Shown here: in pieces, positions 26,550 to 39,790 of the stretch | Layout: every line of letters begins with the position of its first letter | Position numbering within the stretch: position 1 is the first letter of the stretch | DNA from: Lama glama | Taxonomy: Eukaryota | Assembly (NCBI GenBank): GCA_028534125.1 | Contig: CM052817.1 | Coordinates: forward strand, 84,074,001 to 84,138,000 | Direction: 5' to 3' | DNA length: 64,000 nucleotides | Program-made: the position numbers and the translations under genes | Notes under the pieces: generated by a model | Seen by the model: the letters and a program-made list of their open reading frames with translations, nothing else | Databases searched by the model: none | Told to the model about the DNA's origin: nothing

Positions 26550-27400
26550 ATATGTCAGTGAACTTTTGTTCCAGTGATGCCGTGTAACAAAATCCATTGA
26601 GTCCCATGGTCATACAGCAGTAAGCATTCATTTAGTTCAGGGGTTAGCAGTCTTTTTCCTTAAGGGGCCAGACTGTAAATACTTCAGTCTTCTCAGGTCA
26701 TGCAGTCTCTGTCACAGAAGCCCTTTCCTTGTAGTGTAAAAGTAGCTACAGACAATATATAAACAAATGAATGTGTCTATGTGCCAATAAAACTTTATTT
26801 ATGGACACTGAAATTTGAATTTCATATAATTTTAATGTTATGAAATGTTATTTTTATTTTTTCCAGCCATGAAATTGAAAGTGATTGTTCCATCAGCCAT
26901 ACAAAAGCAAGTGATGGGCTAGATTTGACCTGTGGGCCATAGTTGGCTAACCACTGATTTAGCTCGTGACTCTACGTTAGGCTTGGCTGCTCTGGGCTTC
27001 ACTTGTTCATGAATCTGTAGTCAACTGTCAGTTGGCTCAGCAGCTCTGCTGATTTAGGTTGGGTTCATTCACTTGTCTGGGGATTGGTGGGCTGCTCTAG
27101 GATAGTCTTAGCTGGGTGGCAGTTGTATCAACTTGCCTCTGCTAAATGGCTAGCCAGCCCGTTAGCCTCAACATGGTCTCACAGCAATGGTAGAGGCATA
27201 TAAGTACAAGTGGAAATGTGCAAGCACTTTCAGAGCCTCTTCTTAAATTATTTTTGCTAACACCCCATTGGCCAAAGCAAGTCCCCTGTGTGAAACCAGA
27301 GGCATGGGTGGAACAGAATGTTCTATCCAAAGCATGAAGTCACTGCCAAGGTACATGGCAGAAGTGAAGTACTGGGGCAATGAATATAATCACACTACCA
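26550..27400 (-). mobile_element. MLT1 (H/I-like) MaLR LTR, interrupted by MER58B
   Basis: gtaacaaa..., gggttcattcacttgtctgggg, tttgctaacaccccattggccaaagcaagtc. Confidence 0.75.
26638..26956 (+). mobile_element. MER58B-like hAT-Charlie MITE
   Basis: TIRs caggggttagca / tggctaaccactg. 8-bp TSD atttagtt / atttagct. Internal ccaataaaactttatttatggacactgaaatttgaatttcatataatt. Confidence 0.85.
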
Positions 27401-27581
27401 AAGGACCTAAATTAGAAAGAATTTTTAAAATATTCTACTTGTGACCTCCTCCTTTAGATATGATGCTAGACTAGGGTATGAATGTGAAAGGTATAAATGG
27501 GGGACATAGGCAGGTGAAACAAATAAGTGTGATAAGAGAGGGTAGAGTGTGTGCAAAGCTGTAGAAGCATGAAATCGATCC

Positions 27582-27626
<45 letters not shown>

Positions 27627-27643
27627 ATCTATCTATCTATCTA
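27582..27643. repeat. (TCTA)n tetranucleotide microsatellite
   Basis: Directly visible, with one tca interruption. Confidence 0.97.
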
Positions 27644-28624
27644 GATGATAGGGATGTTCTTTCTTTTCATTTTTCTTCCTTTCCTTTTCCTTCCTTCCTT
27701 AAAAAAAAATTGAACTGAGTAAGAGGGGAAAATGGTGCCCCATATACTACAAACACTGACTAGAGTCCTTGACATCATAGGAAACTCCTTGACTCGTTTT
27801 GTGAAGGTTGGCTGTACCCCAAGATTCCACTGTTTCAAAGTAGAGTCGTGTGTATGACTTAGGTTTTGTGTAAGGACTCTGGGGGATTTGGTTATAAAAC
27901 CTAATGTGCTGTCTGCCTAGTTTCTCAGTGGCAAAACTGAAAACTAGATCTATGAAATTTTAAACATAAATTTTCTTCTTATAATTATGCATGTGCCTTT
28001 GAAGCTTATTGTAGTCAATATAAGACCCTACAATTTAAAATGAAAATCAAATATGTTTGGAATAAAACATCATAGGTTTCATAATGGAATATTTTAAAGT
28101 GTAAAAAAACAAAAAGGTTCTGTGTTTATGTTACCTACATGTTAATGGTTTGCCCTTTTCCTTATCTCCTAAGTCCTGCTGTCCAAGATCCCTTGATTCT
28201 TTGGTTAGAATCAATGATGTCATTAAAAAGGAATGTTTGAAGGCTTTTTTCTAACTCCACCCTCAGTATTTCACATGGCATTAGCTTCACCAGGAAAACA
28301 GGCTTGAAATAAAGTTAGAAAAGAGTGATTGTGTTTTGCTTTTATATTTTGCTGCTTTTCCCTCTTGATTATCTGGTTTAAAAAAGAACCTTTATCATCC
28401 TTGAAGTTTTATGTTGATCAGACATTTTGTTCCTATAACTTTCTCTAATATTTTTTCACATTACATTAATGAAGGAAGCACAAGGGGATCTGAAATAAAT
28501 CTGGCTATAAACTAGCAGGATGCTGGGGAGCTCTCCATTTACCCCAGAGCTGGTCATCTCTGCAGAAGATGCTACTGATGGGAAGCTACTCTGCTGAAGT
28601 GGTCTCATCCAGGCCCATGAATAT

Positions 28625-29610
28625 GCTGATGACTCCTGAGTCACTATCTCCAGCTCTATTTTTGCTCATACCTTTAGATTTGTATATCCAACTATTGCTT
28701 GACATCAAGAGACCCTTCGATGTCTAACAGTCAATGTCAAACTCTACATGGCTAAAAGATACTCTTGATTCTGCATCCAACTCATCCACCTGCTCCTCTC
28801 CCAACCTCCCCCATCAGTAAATAGAACCACCATCTATGCAACTGCTTAGTCAAAATCCTAGGAGTCACCCTTCATCTCTCACTTTATTTCATACCTCACC
28901 TGTCATCCTTCATCAGGTCCTGCATCTGCACACTGTATTCAAAGCTGACCACTTCTCAATACCTCCAATGCTACAGCTCAACCAAGCCACTGCAACAGCC
29001 TCCTAACTGGTCTCTGCTTCCTCCCATAAGCCATTTTTATACAGCAGCTGGAGAGATCTTTTTAATGAGCAATGATCAATCTACTCTCACTCTTACATTT
29101 ATTTTATTGTTTCTTTTCACTTGAAATAGAATGTAAGCTCTTCACTAAAGGCTACAAAGGACTCAGACCTGAACCTCCCTTCTCCTGTTCCCCCTCTCAG
29201 CCTCTGTCTCTACCTACACATTCTGTCCCTCAACCTTCCCAATGCACCATGCTTCTAGGCCTTTGCCCTTCCCGGCTGGAATGTTCTTCTTCCAGAAGGT
29301 CCCCTAACTGCTTTCTTCTCAACATTCAGGTCTCAGATCAAATATGTGGTCCTCAAAGAGGCCCTCTTGGGCTACCCCAGTAGAAGCAATAGCATGGCTC
29401 TTCTCTCATCACTCTGTCCTGTTGTAATGATTATTTTATTTTCTTCTTAGTTCTTAAAACTCTCCAAAATACTTGTGTGTTTATTCTTTGTCTTCCCTAC
29501 CAGAATGTAAACGTGATGAGAATATGGATTTTGTCTTTTCATTTTGGTATGCCTGGCACCTGTACAGTGCTTAGGACAATGTAGGTACTCAAGAAATATT
29601 TGCCAAATTA
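28625..29610 (+). mobile_element. L2 LINE 3' region
   Basis: tatatccaactattgcttgacatc, gcaacagcctcctaactggtctc, agaatgtaaac...gcctggcac...gtaggtactcaagaaatatttg. Confidence 0.85.
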
Positions 29611-29659
29611 AAGAAAAGACACTAATCAGGGAGGATTTATCTTGAGGATCTAGGGGCTT

Positions 29660-29740
29660 TTTTGCATTCTTTTTTATTGAAGTATAGTCAGTTTACAACG
29701 TTGGGTCAATTTCTGGTGTACAGCATGTTTCAGTCTCATG
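29660..29740 (-). mobile_element. Short young L1 3' terminal fragment
   Basis: ttttttattgaagtatagtcagtttacaacgttgggtcaatttctggtgtacagcat, a cetartiodactyl-type L1 3' end. Confidence 0.75.
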
Positions 29741-29889
29741 AGGAACTAGTTTTTTTAAGAGCCTGCGATGGGTCTGAAATTCTACCAGGTGCAGGTACTT
29801 TTCTCTTACTTTTAGCTCTTAAGAGCCAGGCCCACACTGCTCAGTCCTGGTTTCTTCTGATTCATGCTCTCATCTTCTCTGCATCAGCA

Positions 29890-30012
29890 TTACACTCACC
29901 AAACATTTATCTAGCTCCTATTATACTCCAGTCACTGTTCTAGGTCCTGGGGAGGTAGACTTGAATAAGACAGACACAAACTCTGCTTTCATGGAGCTTA
30001 TGACCTATCTGG
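29890..30012 (-). mobile_element. L2 3' end
   Basis: caaacatttat...cactgttctaggtcctgggg...aataagacagac...ctgctttcatggagctta. Confidence 0.75.
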
Positions 30013-32355
30013 AGCGTGTGTACCTTTGTCCACTTCCCTATACCAGACAAATGTGAGGGAATCTGCTCTGTACCAAGGTGGCCTTAGTGGGAATTAATCC
30101 AGACAGTACATGAGTTTCCCCTGTTTGTCAGAAGTATAATGGGTTCTCTAACTGGATTGCCTGGTTGACCCATAAAGGAAAAGGTGAGACAGAGCCTAGG
30201 CCAGGGTAGTACCAGAATGGCCTTAAGAATGGGGTGCAAACAGCAGAAGAACCAGTCTGCTTGGCACTAACACATGGCCTCATCCTGCTGGCAGCTGCAC
30301 CGGCCCTGCTTAGGAAGTTTACGAGTGAACTTAATTAGAGCTCAGGTGCCCAGAACAACCCAAGTGTGCCGGCATCTACTTCCAGCTCAGAGGAAGAGGG
30401 CCTTGGTGGCCAAAGCTGCTGTCCTTGGTTTGTCTCTGCTGTCTGTGGGCAAAGCTATATTTTAAACCTGAAATTACAGTAAGTTCACTAGTAACACTGT
30501 TAGAGACCATTTTAATTAGAAAACTCCTGTGTAGTCCAAGCAAACTAAATTATGAAGATAAAGCTTTTGTCTCAATGAGCAGCAAACAGCCAGGTTAGTG
30601 TCTAACTTTAAAAAAAAAAGATCACCATATTTAAAATCATTTCATTGTCCTAAGGAGTCAACTTCTTTCTCTACAAAAAACTACCAAAACAAAGAGAGTC
30701 CTTCACTTGACAATATCCTTTGAGGCTACCATTCTAGGGAGTGTGAATGACAGGGTGGTGGAGTGCTCAGAGGTCACAAAGACGGGACATTCCAAAGCCC
30801 AGACTTGCCAGTATTCCTTTTTCTTGTGCACAGGCCAGTTATTACCACCTCCCCTACCCCACTCCCTCCCCCTCCTTGTAACTTCACTCCCTGGGAAGAT
30901 AAATGTGATCTTAAGGGCCAAATGAAGTGATGTTCTGGAATTTAAGGCAGATTAGATGTGTATTCTCAGATGGGCTGCTTCTTGTAAGTGACCAAGCCTC
31001 TTGATATTTTAAGTATTTGCCATCTCTCTTGAGACTGAGCAGATTAATGATGAAAGAAGGGGTGATTTTTTCCTTCTCTACTCAGCCTTTGAACTTCCTG
31101 CTCTGGCGTTCAGAGTTCTTCCTCCATATTTGTCACATCACAGTCACTTGTAAATAGAAGGCGTTTGTTTCCCAAGGCCCAGAGACAGCACTCTTTTATT
31201 TCACCTGCTGAGGCTGACACACAACTTCCCCTCATGTGTAGAGTTGTCATAAGTACCACTGTGCCCTTCTGAACCCTAGGTAGGTATGAAATATTGGTGC
31301 CTGCTAGTGAGCTCATTAACCTTGTAATTTGGAAGGTTACCTCTGAATAGTCCGTTATAAAATAATAAAAGGAACAATATATATTCTGGTTCCAGTTTTA
31401 CAAGAAGGACGAGTTCATGGCTTACAGCTGGAGATGCTAAATTTTCCTTAAGTTTGTTGTGCTTTTTAAGTAACTGCTGAGAGTCTCACAGAGTCTAGAT
31501 TCAGTTTATTGAGTGCCTAAGAATTCGGCTATAGGGCATTATTTTAAAATCATAGCCATGTATAATTTTGGTTGCTTGCTTATATCCATATCAGAGTCTC
31601 CTCTCCTCTTTGTAGATGCTCGTTAGGGTCTCTTTTGATTCTAAACATTTTTATTCCAAATAGCTAGCATTTGGGGTTTGTTTGGACCATTTTTAGTCTG
31701 CAGAAATCCTGAGGCATAAGAATGGCTGTTTCTTTTTCATTTTTAAGATGGTTTGCTTGTAGGTGTTTTTTTTCCACCTCCTTAGGAGTGATAATTGAGT
31801 TCTCTGTATGTTATTTAGGGCCACTCATCTTAAGGGTAGTCCGTTTCGTAGGTGAGTATTCAAAATCTTTCAGTTGCTACCAATATAGAATAAACTCTCA
31901 CACTTGACTTCAGAGTAGGGGTCTGCTCAATTGCTTCTTGTCAAAGTCTCCAAGAACTGAGTTTTTCCCTAGTTATTTCTTGAATTTACAAATCCAAGTT
32001 TTTATTTAATCGAAGGAACTTCATGGGAAAACAGCAGTATATGAAATACTCATTCACAACAGTGATAGTGTGATTGAGAAATAATAGCAGCTGCCCTAAG
32101 TTCACGGCTGTAAGAACACAATTAAAATTTTAACACGTTTTGTGAACCACTTTCCTGTAGCTTTCAGCTTTCAAAGAAATGGGAAATGTATATGGTGCTT
32201 AAGTATAAACTCCTATTTGAAGCCCTGTTGTAAGTTTAATGATGAGAAAATATCTTTTTTCTTTGACAAATTCAAACATATTGACCTTATGGATTTTGAT
32301 AGTTGCTGAAATTCCTAGGTTTAGTCTCAAAGTACATCTTCAGAATACTGAATGC

Positions 32356-33311
32356 AAAGATTCTCAAAACTTTGTGTGCATAAGAATCAGCTGCTGAACT
32401 TGTTAAAAATGCAGATTTGGCTCAGTTGCTGACAGACTTTTAGGTAGTATGAAGTTTCTGACTATTATGAACAGCTGTGAACATTTTAGGTAGTGTCATT
32501 GTGGTGAACACGTGTGTATTTCTGTGGGGCATATAGCTAGGGGTGGAATGTCTGCATCATCAGTTAACCACATATTCAGTGTTAGTAGAATAATGCCAGA
32601 AAGGTGGCATCCAAGGTGGTTGTACCAATTTAGAGTCCCTCTGTCAGTGTATAAGCTATTTTGTTGTTCACATCCTCACCAACGCTTGGTATTTTCTGTT
32701 TTAATTTTAGCCATTCTGGTGGCTATATAGAGGTATTGCATTATCATTTAAGTTCAAATTGAGTGGAGAAATATATTTTGGTATAATCACACAATGGAAT
32801 ACCATTCAGCCAGAGAGAAGGAATAGTCTATAACTACATGCAACAATACAGATAAATCTTGCAAATACAATTGATAAAAGAAGCCAGACACAAAAGAATG
32901 CATACTGGATGATCCATTTATAGACTTAAAAAAAAACCCCAAAATTCAAAGGAAACTAATCTGTAGCCTTATAAGTTAATGGCTAATCTTGGGATAGGGA
33001 AATAGGTTGTGATTGGAAGGGAGCAGAGGGGGCCTCTGGGATATTGGTGATACTCTGGTTCTTGATCTGAGTGCTAGTTTTTAGATAGGTTTAGTTGTGA
33101 AACTGCAGCAAGGTGTCCATTTATGGTATGTGTGCTTTTCTTTTTGTGTATTATACTTTTTATTAAAAAAATTTTTTTCAAGTACAGATTTTTTTCAGGC
33201 CCTTACCATGAAAAATTTGGTCCTTTGATGGGACCTGGGACTTGGCATGTTTAACAACCACGGGGGTAATTAGGATGCAAGTGGCCTCAAAATGCACTCT
33301 GAGAAACATTG
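32356..33311. mobile_element. MER5A-like hAT MITE split by an L1 insertion
   Basis: Left half caaagattctcaaaactt...gcataagaatcagctg...cttgttaaaaatgcagatt. Right half ...gcatgtttaacaa...cactctgagaaacattg. Confidence 0.75.
32419..33178. mobile_element. Old L1 with 5' inversion (32420-32750 minus, 32755-33170 plus)
   Basis: Left part reads antisense L1 (catcctcaccaacgcttggt, ttttagccattctggtgg). Right part reads sense 3' end (cacacaatggaatac, aaaagaagccagacacaaaagaatgcatac). Confidence 0.8.
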
Positions 33312-33312
33312 G

Positions 33313-33863
33313 TGTAGGGGTTCAGAACAGGTCTCTCCCCAGTATGCCACTTTGGCATGTGGACTGTTTTGAGCTGAAGGCAATCCAGACCCAGCAGATT
33401 AAAAAAAAAAATTTACCACTCCCTTAACTGCCTAAAAGAATTTATGTAGAGGGCCTTGTTCCGGAAGAGAACTCTCACCACAGATAACTACAAAGAACAT
33501 GGGCTGGGTGTGGTAAGCTGGTGGAGAGTGTGGCTGGGCCCAGAGATCAAATTCCTCCCTGTGTTCCATTGTCTCTGCATGGTGTAGGGTGCAGACCTTT
33601 GTACCAGACATTTGCTCTTGCCATCTTCCTAGGAACTGTCTTTTCCCCCTTTGAAGTCCCAGATCCCTACGCCCTTCTCCTTAGCTCGAAACGGCATACA
33701 AGTCTCAATTGTCTAACTGCTTGTGGGTCTCATATTCTAATGGGGCTTTTGTACATAAGGAATTAAATTTGTTCTTCTCTTGTTAATCTATCCTATGTTA
33801 ATTTGGTTATTAGACCAACCAAAGAATCAAGAAGGGTAGAGGGAAAATGTTTCTTTCCCTACA
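33313..33863 (+). mobile_element. MER34A-like ERV1 solo LTR with perfect 4-bp TSD TTGG
   Basis: tgtaggggttcagaac...tatgccactttggcatgtggactgttttgagctgaaggcaat ... ttccctaca. TTGG at 33309-33312 and 33864-33867. Confidence 0.9.
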
Positions 33864-35162
33864 TTGGCAATTATATTTAGTGCAGAGATTTTTAAAGTGT
33901 TCTTCAGCCCTTCAAAATAATTTAATCAGCTGCTTTGTACATTGCAGCTATTTTAGGTCACTTCAGAGATGGTTTCAGGGTCCCTCCACCTTTCACCTTC
34001 TGAGAATGAATCAATCCTGGAAAATGAAAACACCGAGTGAGCTCCACATGGGAAAGAGCTGCAGCTTGTACTTGATGTGGAAGGGACAATCAAGTGAGAA
34101 ATAAATCCATTAGATGGGAAGGAAAAAACCCCATCAAGTGCTGGAATCATAGAAACTCTCTCTGGGAGGAGGACTGATCATTTCTGATGAAAGCCCATTT
34201 CGTTTATTTAGCCAAGAGTGACAGAGTGTGTCTGTGTGTGAGGCATTTGGTGGAGGCTCTGTGGAAACTAGGTTAAGGACTGAATCAAAATCTCTTCCAA
34301 TTACACGAAGGAGGAAGCTTAGAATGCAAATAACTGTAAAGCTCTTGCTTATTGTGACTAAAAGTCCCCCACATGGCAAGGCCTGAATCAGCTTTCATTT
34401 CATCACCAAGGGGAAGAACGAAGCTACCAGGCACAATTACAGTCAAGTTTTTAAGAGGAACAAAAATTGGGGGGAAAAATCACTCAATGCTTGTTTAGAG
34501 CTTGCTCTATCCACCCCAGTCCTGAGAAATAGTGTTCTCAAATGTCAAGGGAAGTGGTTCTTAGCTAATAAAAAAGCCTCAGCTTTTAAAGGGACCATTA
34601 TTTTCCATGGAGACACAGATGTAGACAATATATTACCTGATTTACCTATAGGCAGGCTGATATTAAGCTGATATTCACTGTTGTAGCTGTACCAATTGTT
34701 AAAAAAGTTGAAATAGTTTCATATCTGTTGGAAAATTAGCCACAGTTCAGGGTTCCCTGAGAGCCCCTCTCCACTGTCCACACTTCCTGGCTCCTCAGAC
34801 CTCTAGACAACACAGCAGTTAAAGGGTTAATATCAGACAGTCCTGGAGCTTCCAACCCTGTCCAGCCATAAGCTACCTCAGAGGTCTTTCTCTGTGGTAA
34901 TACCTGTGAAGGGGGAGAAGTAGCCTTGTTTGGGAAAGTAGGCTGAGGGACCCCATCCGTGGTCCTCTCCTCTCTATCTTTTCACTGACCCCCCCGCTTC
35001 TCCAAAGCTACTTCTCTTGTAATTGCTCATTCTTTGGCAATTTCTCATTAAAGTCATATTCTTAGGCAATAAAGTGTCAGTAATTAAATGTAGATGTTTT
35101 GTCATTAGATTAATCTCTGATTCTGTCAGTCCTAAATATCCAACGGCTTACTACTGCTCTCT

Positions 35163-35640
35163 GATTCACTCACTCACTCTCTCACTCATTCCACAAACAT
35201 CTATGGAATGCCTGCTACATGCCAGGCACTGTGCTTACCAGTAAGACTCCATCCTCAGCCTGAAATAAAGCTCACGGTCTGGCATGACCAACCCATAAAT
35301 AGATAATTTCGGTGCAGTAATAGAGCTATGCGAGAGTATGACAGGAATATATAGAGTCTTACAGGGCTACCAGCAAAGGTAGCCCCAGGTGAGTCAAGGA
35401 AGACTTCCTGGAAGAGGTGATTTGAGCTCAGTCTTAGTGGAAGAATGAAAGTTAGCTGGATGGGGATAGGGAGTCGAGGACATTTTGGGCAAAGAGGACA
35501 TTATGAACAAGGTGAGAAACAGATGGTATATGTGGGCAAGAGTGTAAAGCGTGAGACTGAGGTTAGTAGAAAGTGAGATCTGAGAGGAAGGTGGGATCAA
35601 GAACTGCTAAGGAGATGAGATTTGATTCTATAAGTTAGAG
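35163..35640 (-). mobile_element. L2 LINE 3' region
   Basis: ttcactcactcac...acaaacatctatggaatgcctgctacatgccaggcactgtgct; gtcaaggaagacttcctggaagaggtgatttgagct. Confidence 0.85.
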
Positions 35641-36110
35641 GCTTTGTGACTCACCAGGTGTACCCAAACAATGTGTTACTAATAATAAAGTGTTAGGTTT
35701 GTGATGGCTTTACTCCTTAAAAGACTTAAATTAGAGCGAATTCAAGGTTATCACTCTGATATGGTGACTCTCTCCCACTGGCATTCCATATGCTTTCTTG
35801 AGAGAGAGAGAAAGAGAAGGATCGAGCTCGGGCTAGGAGCCAGGGCTTGAGAGTAACTCTCTGCTCACCTCATCCAAACAGCACGCTAGTGGCATGGCAT
35901 TAACAAATTGCCTCTGCACTTAACCTTCTCACCAGGATTTTGGGTTTCATCAAATATGGGTTCACCCAGAGGACGGCACCTCCATGTGTGTATATTACCC
36001 ATCTTGTTGGTCATGAGAGGACCGTGGCCACGAAGAAGGCAAAGCCCTGGGAAGGTTTTCATGCTCTGGACTCATGTGCAGTTTATGGCGATTACTCTGG
36101 CTTCGCAGAG

Positions 36111-37030
36111 CAGGGATTGGGCATCCTGTGGGCAAGGAAGTGTCAGCCACACACTCCCAACGTCGCTATTTTTCAAATAAATTACATATGTTTATTGCTG
36201 CACTGATATATTCTGCCTGTGTACAAAAATCCTCCAAAATGGAAATTGTAAAAGGATAAGATAAAAATGAAATGAAAACATTTAAAATAATTTTAATTTT
36301 ACTTACTTATTTAAAAAACCGTCGTGATTGAATGCGTCTGTTTCTTAAAATCTTGGTTTCTACTTGTGATACTATGATTTGTAGTTTATTTCGATTTTTG
36401 GTTTTAATGGCTGATATAGTGGAAAAGGCCTCATAAAGCGATGTTGCCTCCAATGGAAGTACACTTCCTAAGTCATGAGACTCAGTTCTCATTCTATCTA
36501 GTAATTTTGCAATCGTTTTTGTTGAAATTCAAGTCAGTAAGTTGCCTTTATCCTTAGTATCAATCAGTTGTTCTTGTAAGCTAATTGGCAAAGGTACATA
36601 TTTTTCATACTGTTAACAAATAGTTTCAATTTTTAAACCTCTATCCCAAAATTTTAAAAATAGGTTAGTAAATTCTGTATCCCAAATCTTTAAAGTATTC
36701 TAATACAAATGTTTGTACACGTGATGCCTTTATATCATTTTTGGCAATAAAATCACAAGTGATGGAAACATTTCCAAACATCTATTTTCAAATTTCTCTG
36801 CAGTAGGGGGTTTCTTTTGAAAAGTAGTTATTTTCTCATTTTCATTGTCAAAATGTTATTTATCTTTACTTTGAAGGGACTGAATATATGGGGGTTTTTT
36901 ATTTGTTTTGACTTTTTGTTTTCAAAAACAACTGGGAGATAGGGTACTGATACCACCAAAGAACAGGGCAGCAAATGTAGGCTATTTGTTTTTTGTTAAA
37001 GAAGAAATATGCCTCCTATTTAAGTTTGGC
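36111..37030 (-). mobile_element. hAT-Charlie DNA transposon 3' part with decayed transposase
   Basis: TIR-like cagggattgggca at 36111. Minus-strand translations SLQSK..., KITTFQKK, FENRCLEMFPS, LPISLQEQLID and LPLEATSLYEAFSTISAIKTKNRNKL match the hAT C-terminal dimerisation region. Frameshifts and stops present. Confidence 0.85.
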
Positions 37031-37039
37031 AATTTGAAA

Positions 37040-38030
37040 ATTGGCCTGATTGGATGTTGGAATAAGTGAGAGAAAGAAGTCCAGAACGAATTCTGAGCTT
37101 TCCAGCTTGGACAACTGCCTGAACGGGGGTGTCAGCAACTGAGGTGGATGGAGGAGAGGACAGGAGCCAGTTTAGGAAGATGAAGAGACACCGAGTGGAA
37201 CTTTAGACTTGCTGAGCTCAGACACCGTCAGGACTTCCTGCTCTTACTTTGTGCCCAATAAACTAAAACCCAAACTCATCGTTGGCTTTATGCCCCAAAT
37301 TTCCTTTCCTCTGTTCTCCTATCTGTCTGTGGTACCACCATCTCCCAACCACTTAAAACTAAAAGCTTTGGAGCCACATGTGACTCATCCTTTTGTTTCC
37401 ACCTATATCCAATGTGTAACGAAGACCTTTCCTCTGTCGTTTGTTCATACTACAGATTTGTTGAGCATCTCCTATGTGCCAGGTACTGATATAGGCCTTG
37501 AGGTTATGTGTGAAGAAAACAGACAAGGTCTTTGCTCTCATGGAGCTTATATTCTGGCTGAGGAAGACAGATAATAAATATATACACCTGTAAGTAAGCA
37601 AATGATCAGATATTGGCAAGTGCTAAGAAGAGAATGAAAGCAAATGATGTAATACTGCCTGGCTGGCTACTGCAGAAGAGCTGTCTGGGAGGTGCCATTT
37701 AGGGTGAGATCTGAAAGTCCATGCACTAGTAGGGAAACAGCTTTCCAGGCAGGAGGGCCCAAGCCCTGGCTGAGCTCGATTAGTGCTAGGAACAGAAGGA
37801 AGGCTAGTGTGGCTAGGGCTTGGTGGCAGTGGTGGTGGGGTCACCCTGATAATCATGGCTTTTCCTTAATCTCTGCTCCTCAGTTCCTGAGCTCCGTCAC
37901 CTCATATGTGGCCTGTTAGATGATACCCTTTAATTTCTTCCCACTTTTGTGCTTTCCTCCAAATCATTTTGCACATGCATAGCTAATTAGCCTGAAAATT
38001 TTCACATCATTCTGCCATGGTAAAAAGCTT
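37040..38030. mobile_element. Cluster of L2 fragments in alternating orientation
   Basis: 37040-37210(-), 37210-37420(+), 37430-37830(-; tttgttgagcatctcctatgtgccaggtactg...ctcatggagcttatattct), 37830-38030(+). Confidence 0.7.
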
Positions 38031-38156
38031 TCAGTAGTTGAGTAGCAGGCTGAACTTTGGTGGCCAAAAAGACAGGCACCTGAGGGTTTTGCTCCCTATG
38101 GGATCTCCATAGGAGAGGAAACAGTATCTCTTGAGACCCTCTAATGTCTATCCCCT

Positions 38157-38636
38157 TGTATATCAGTTTTCTATTGCTGCTTTAACAAATTACTGCAAGC
38201 CTAGTGGCTTAAAACAACACGAATTTATCCTTTTACAGCTCTGGTGGTCAGAAGTCAGAAATGGGTCTTACTGACATCAGTATGCTGGCAGGGCTGTTTT
38301 CCTTTCTGGAGGCTCTTTCCTTATCTTCTTCGAGCTTCTGGAAGTCACCCACATTCCTTAGCCTGTGGCCCCTTCCTGCATCTTCGAAGCCAGCAGAGTA
38401 ACTTCTTCCAATCTCTCTCTGATTCTGACCCTCACTGTCTTACTTCCCACTTGCACTTATAAGGACCCTGGTGATTACACTGGGCTGACCTGGATAACCT
38501 GGATAGGATAATCTCTCCATCTCAAGGTTAACTCATTGATAACCTTATTTTTCCCTTATTGTATCATATAATGTATTAATAGGTATGAGGTATTAGGACA
38601 TGGACACCTTTAGGGGTTATTATTCTGCCTCCTACA
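38157..38636 (-). mobile_element. MLT1C/D MaLR LTR
   Basis: tatcagttttctattgctgctttaacaaattac...gtggcttaaaacaacac...gattacactgggc...attattctgcctcctaca. Confidence 0.9.
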
Positions 38637-39564
38637 CCAAGCTTCTTTGACGTATTAGGATTTATTTGATATCCTACCTGTGGCTCATGGGGCTTCCTTT
38701 AGTGGAAAATCCACTAAGACTAAGAGAAGGCTTGTTATGGGAATCTGATTGCTTTGGTTCGGTAAACATGGTGAAGCCATGCCCAGTAGGAGGGCTCCTT
38801 TTTCCTGCGAGGTGACTGAATGTGGGATAATGGGAATAGCAGCCATTGCTATTAATGAAGATCATTGACCGTTAAGGTACTTACTTACCCTGACAGTTTA
38901 TGATCTTCCTGTTTCATTAGATGACATCCAAATGAGAATGCACTATGCAGGGTGAGGGAAATAGAGGGAGTCATATTAGACAGCACAAGTTCTAACTGCT
39001 GGAAAGTGTTACTGTTAAGCTGTATTTAGTGGGCACTTCTGTCTTTCCCACACTTGGAAATTTATAGGAGGAGAGATACCAGAATGTTCCTCAGTGAGAT
39101 ATTCTTTTGTTGTCTTCAACCTCTTAAGTTATGTCTATGTGTTAAGAAACTGTTCTTTGGCAGGAAATCCAAGTAAACTTGCATAATATTGACCTCAATT
39201 GGATAATGACCATATGACCTGAATTTATGGAATAGTTGTCATTTCATATCATTTTATTATTTTCAATAAAGAATTAATTCAACATATAACTAAATACAAT
39301 TTAATTTTATATCTTGGTAAGACTTTTCATACAAATAACTTCACAAACTAGAATCCATTTTAATTTCAGTTTGAGCAAGTATAGTCAAATATCTGTCTTC
39401 CTAGCAGTGGAATTTTTTGCTTGAATAATTATATTGCTACAAAACATTCCTAGCCATTAGAGCTAGAGACAAACAAAACTTACCTCTAGGCTCTTTGTAT
39501 AAGCAACAAATTGGTATCTGGTAATACATTTACTTTGAAAACAGGTAAAAGAAAGAAATGTTAA

Positions 39565-39790
39565 GAATAATGACATCTAATATATATTAAACATCTGACA
39601 TAATTTAGGCACTGTGCCAAGTGCTTTACACATAGTTTTATTTCTATCTTAAAAATGAAAACTCTATAAAGTATTTTCTCCTCACCTTTATTATAGATGG
39701 GGAAGCTGATAATACATTTAATGTGTCCTAATAATGTATAAAGCTCAAAACGGGAGAATTGATATTTGGATTAATTCACTACCTCCTAAT
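39565..39790 (-). mobile_element. MIR SINE (degenerate)
   Basis: aggcactgtgccaagtgctttaca...atagatggggaagctga. Confidence 0.65.
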
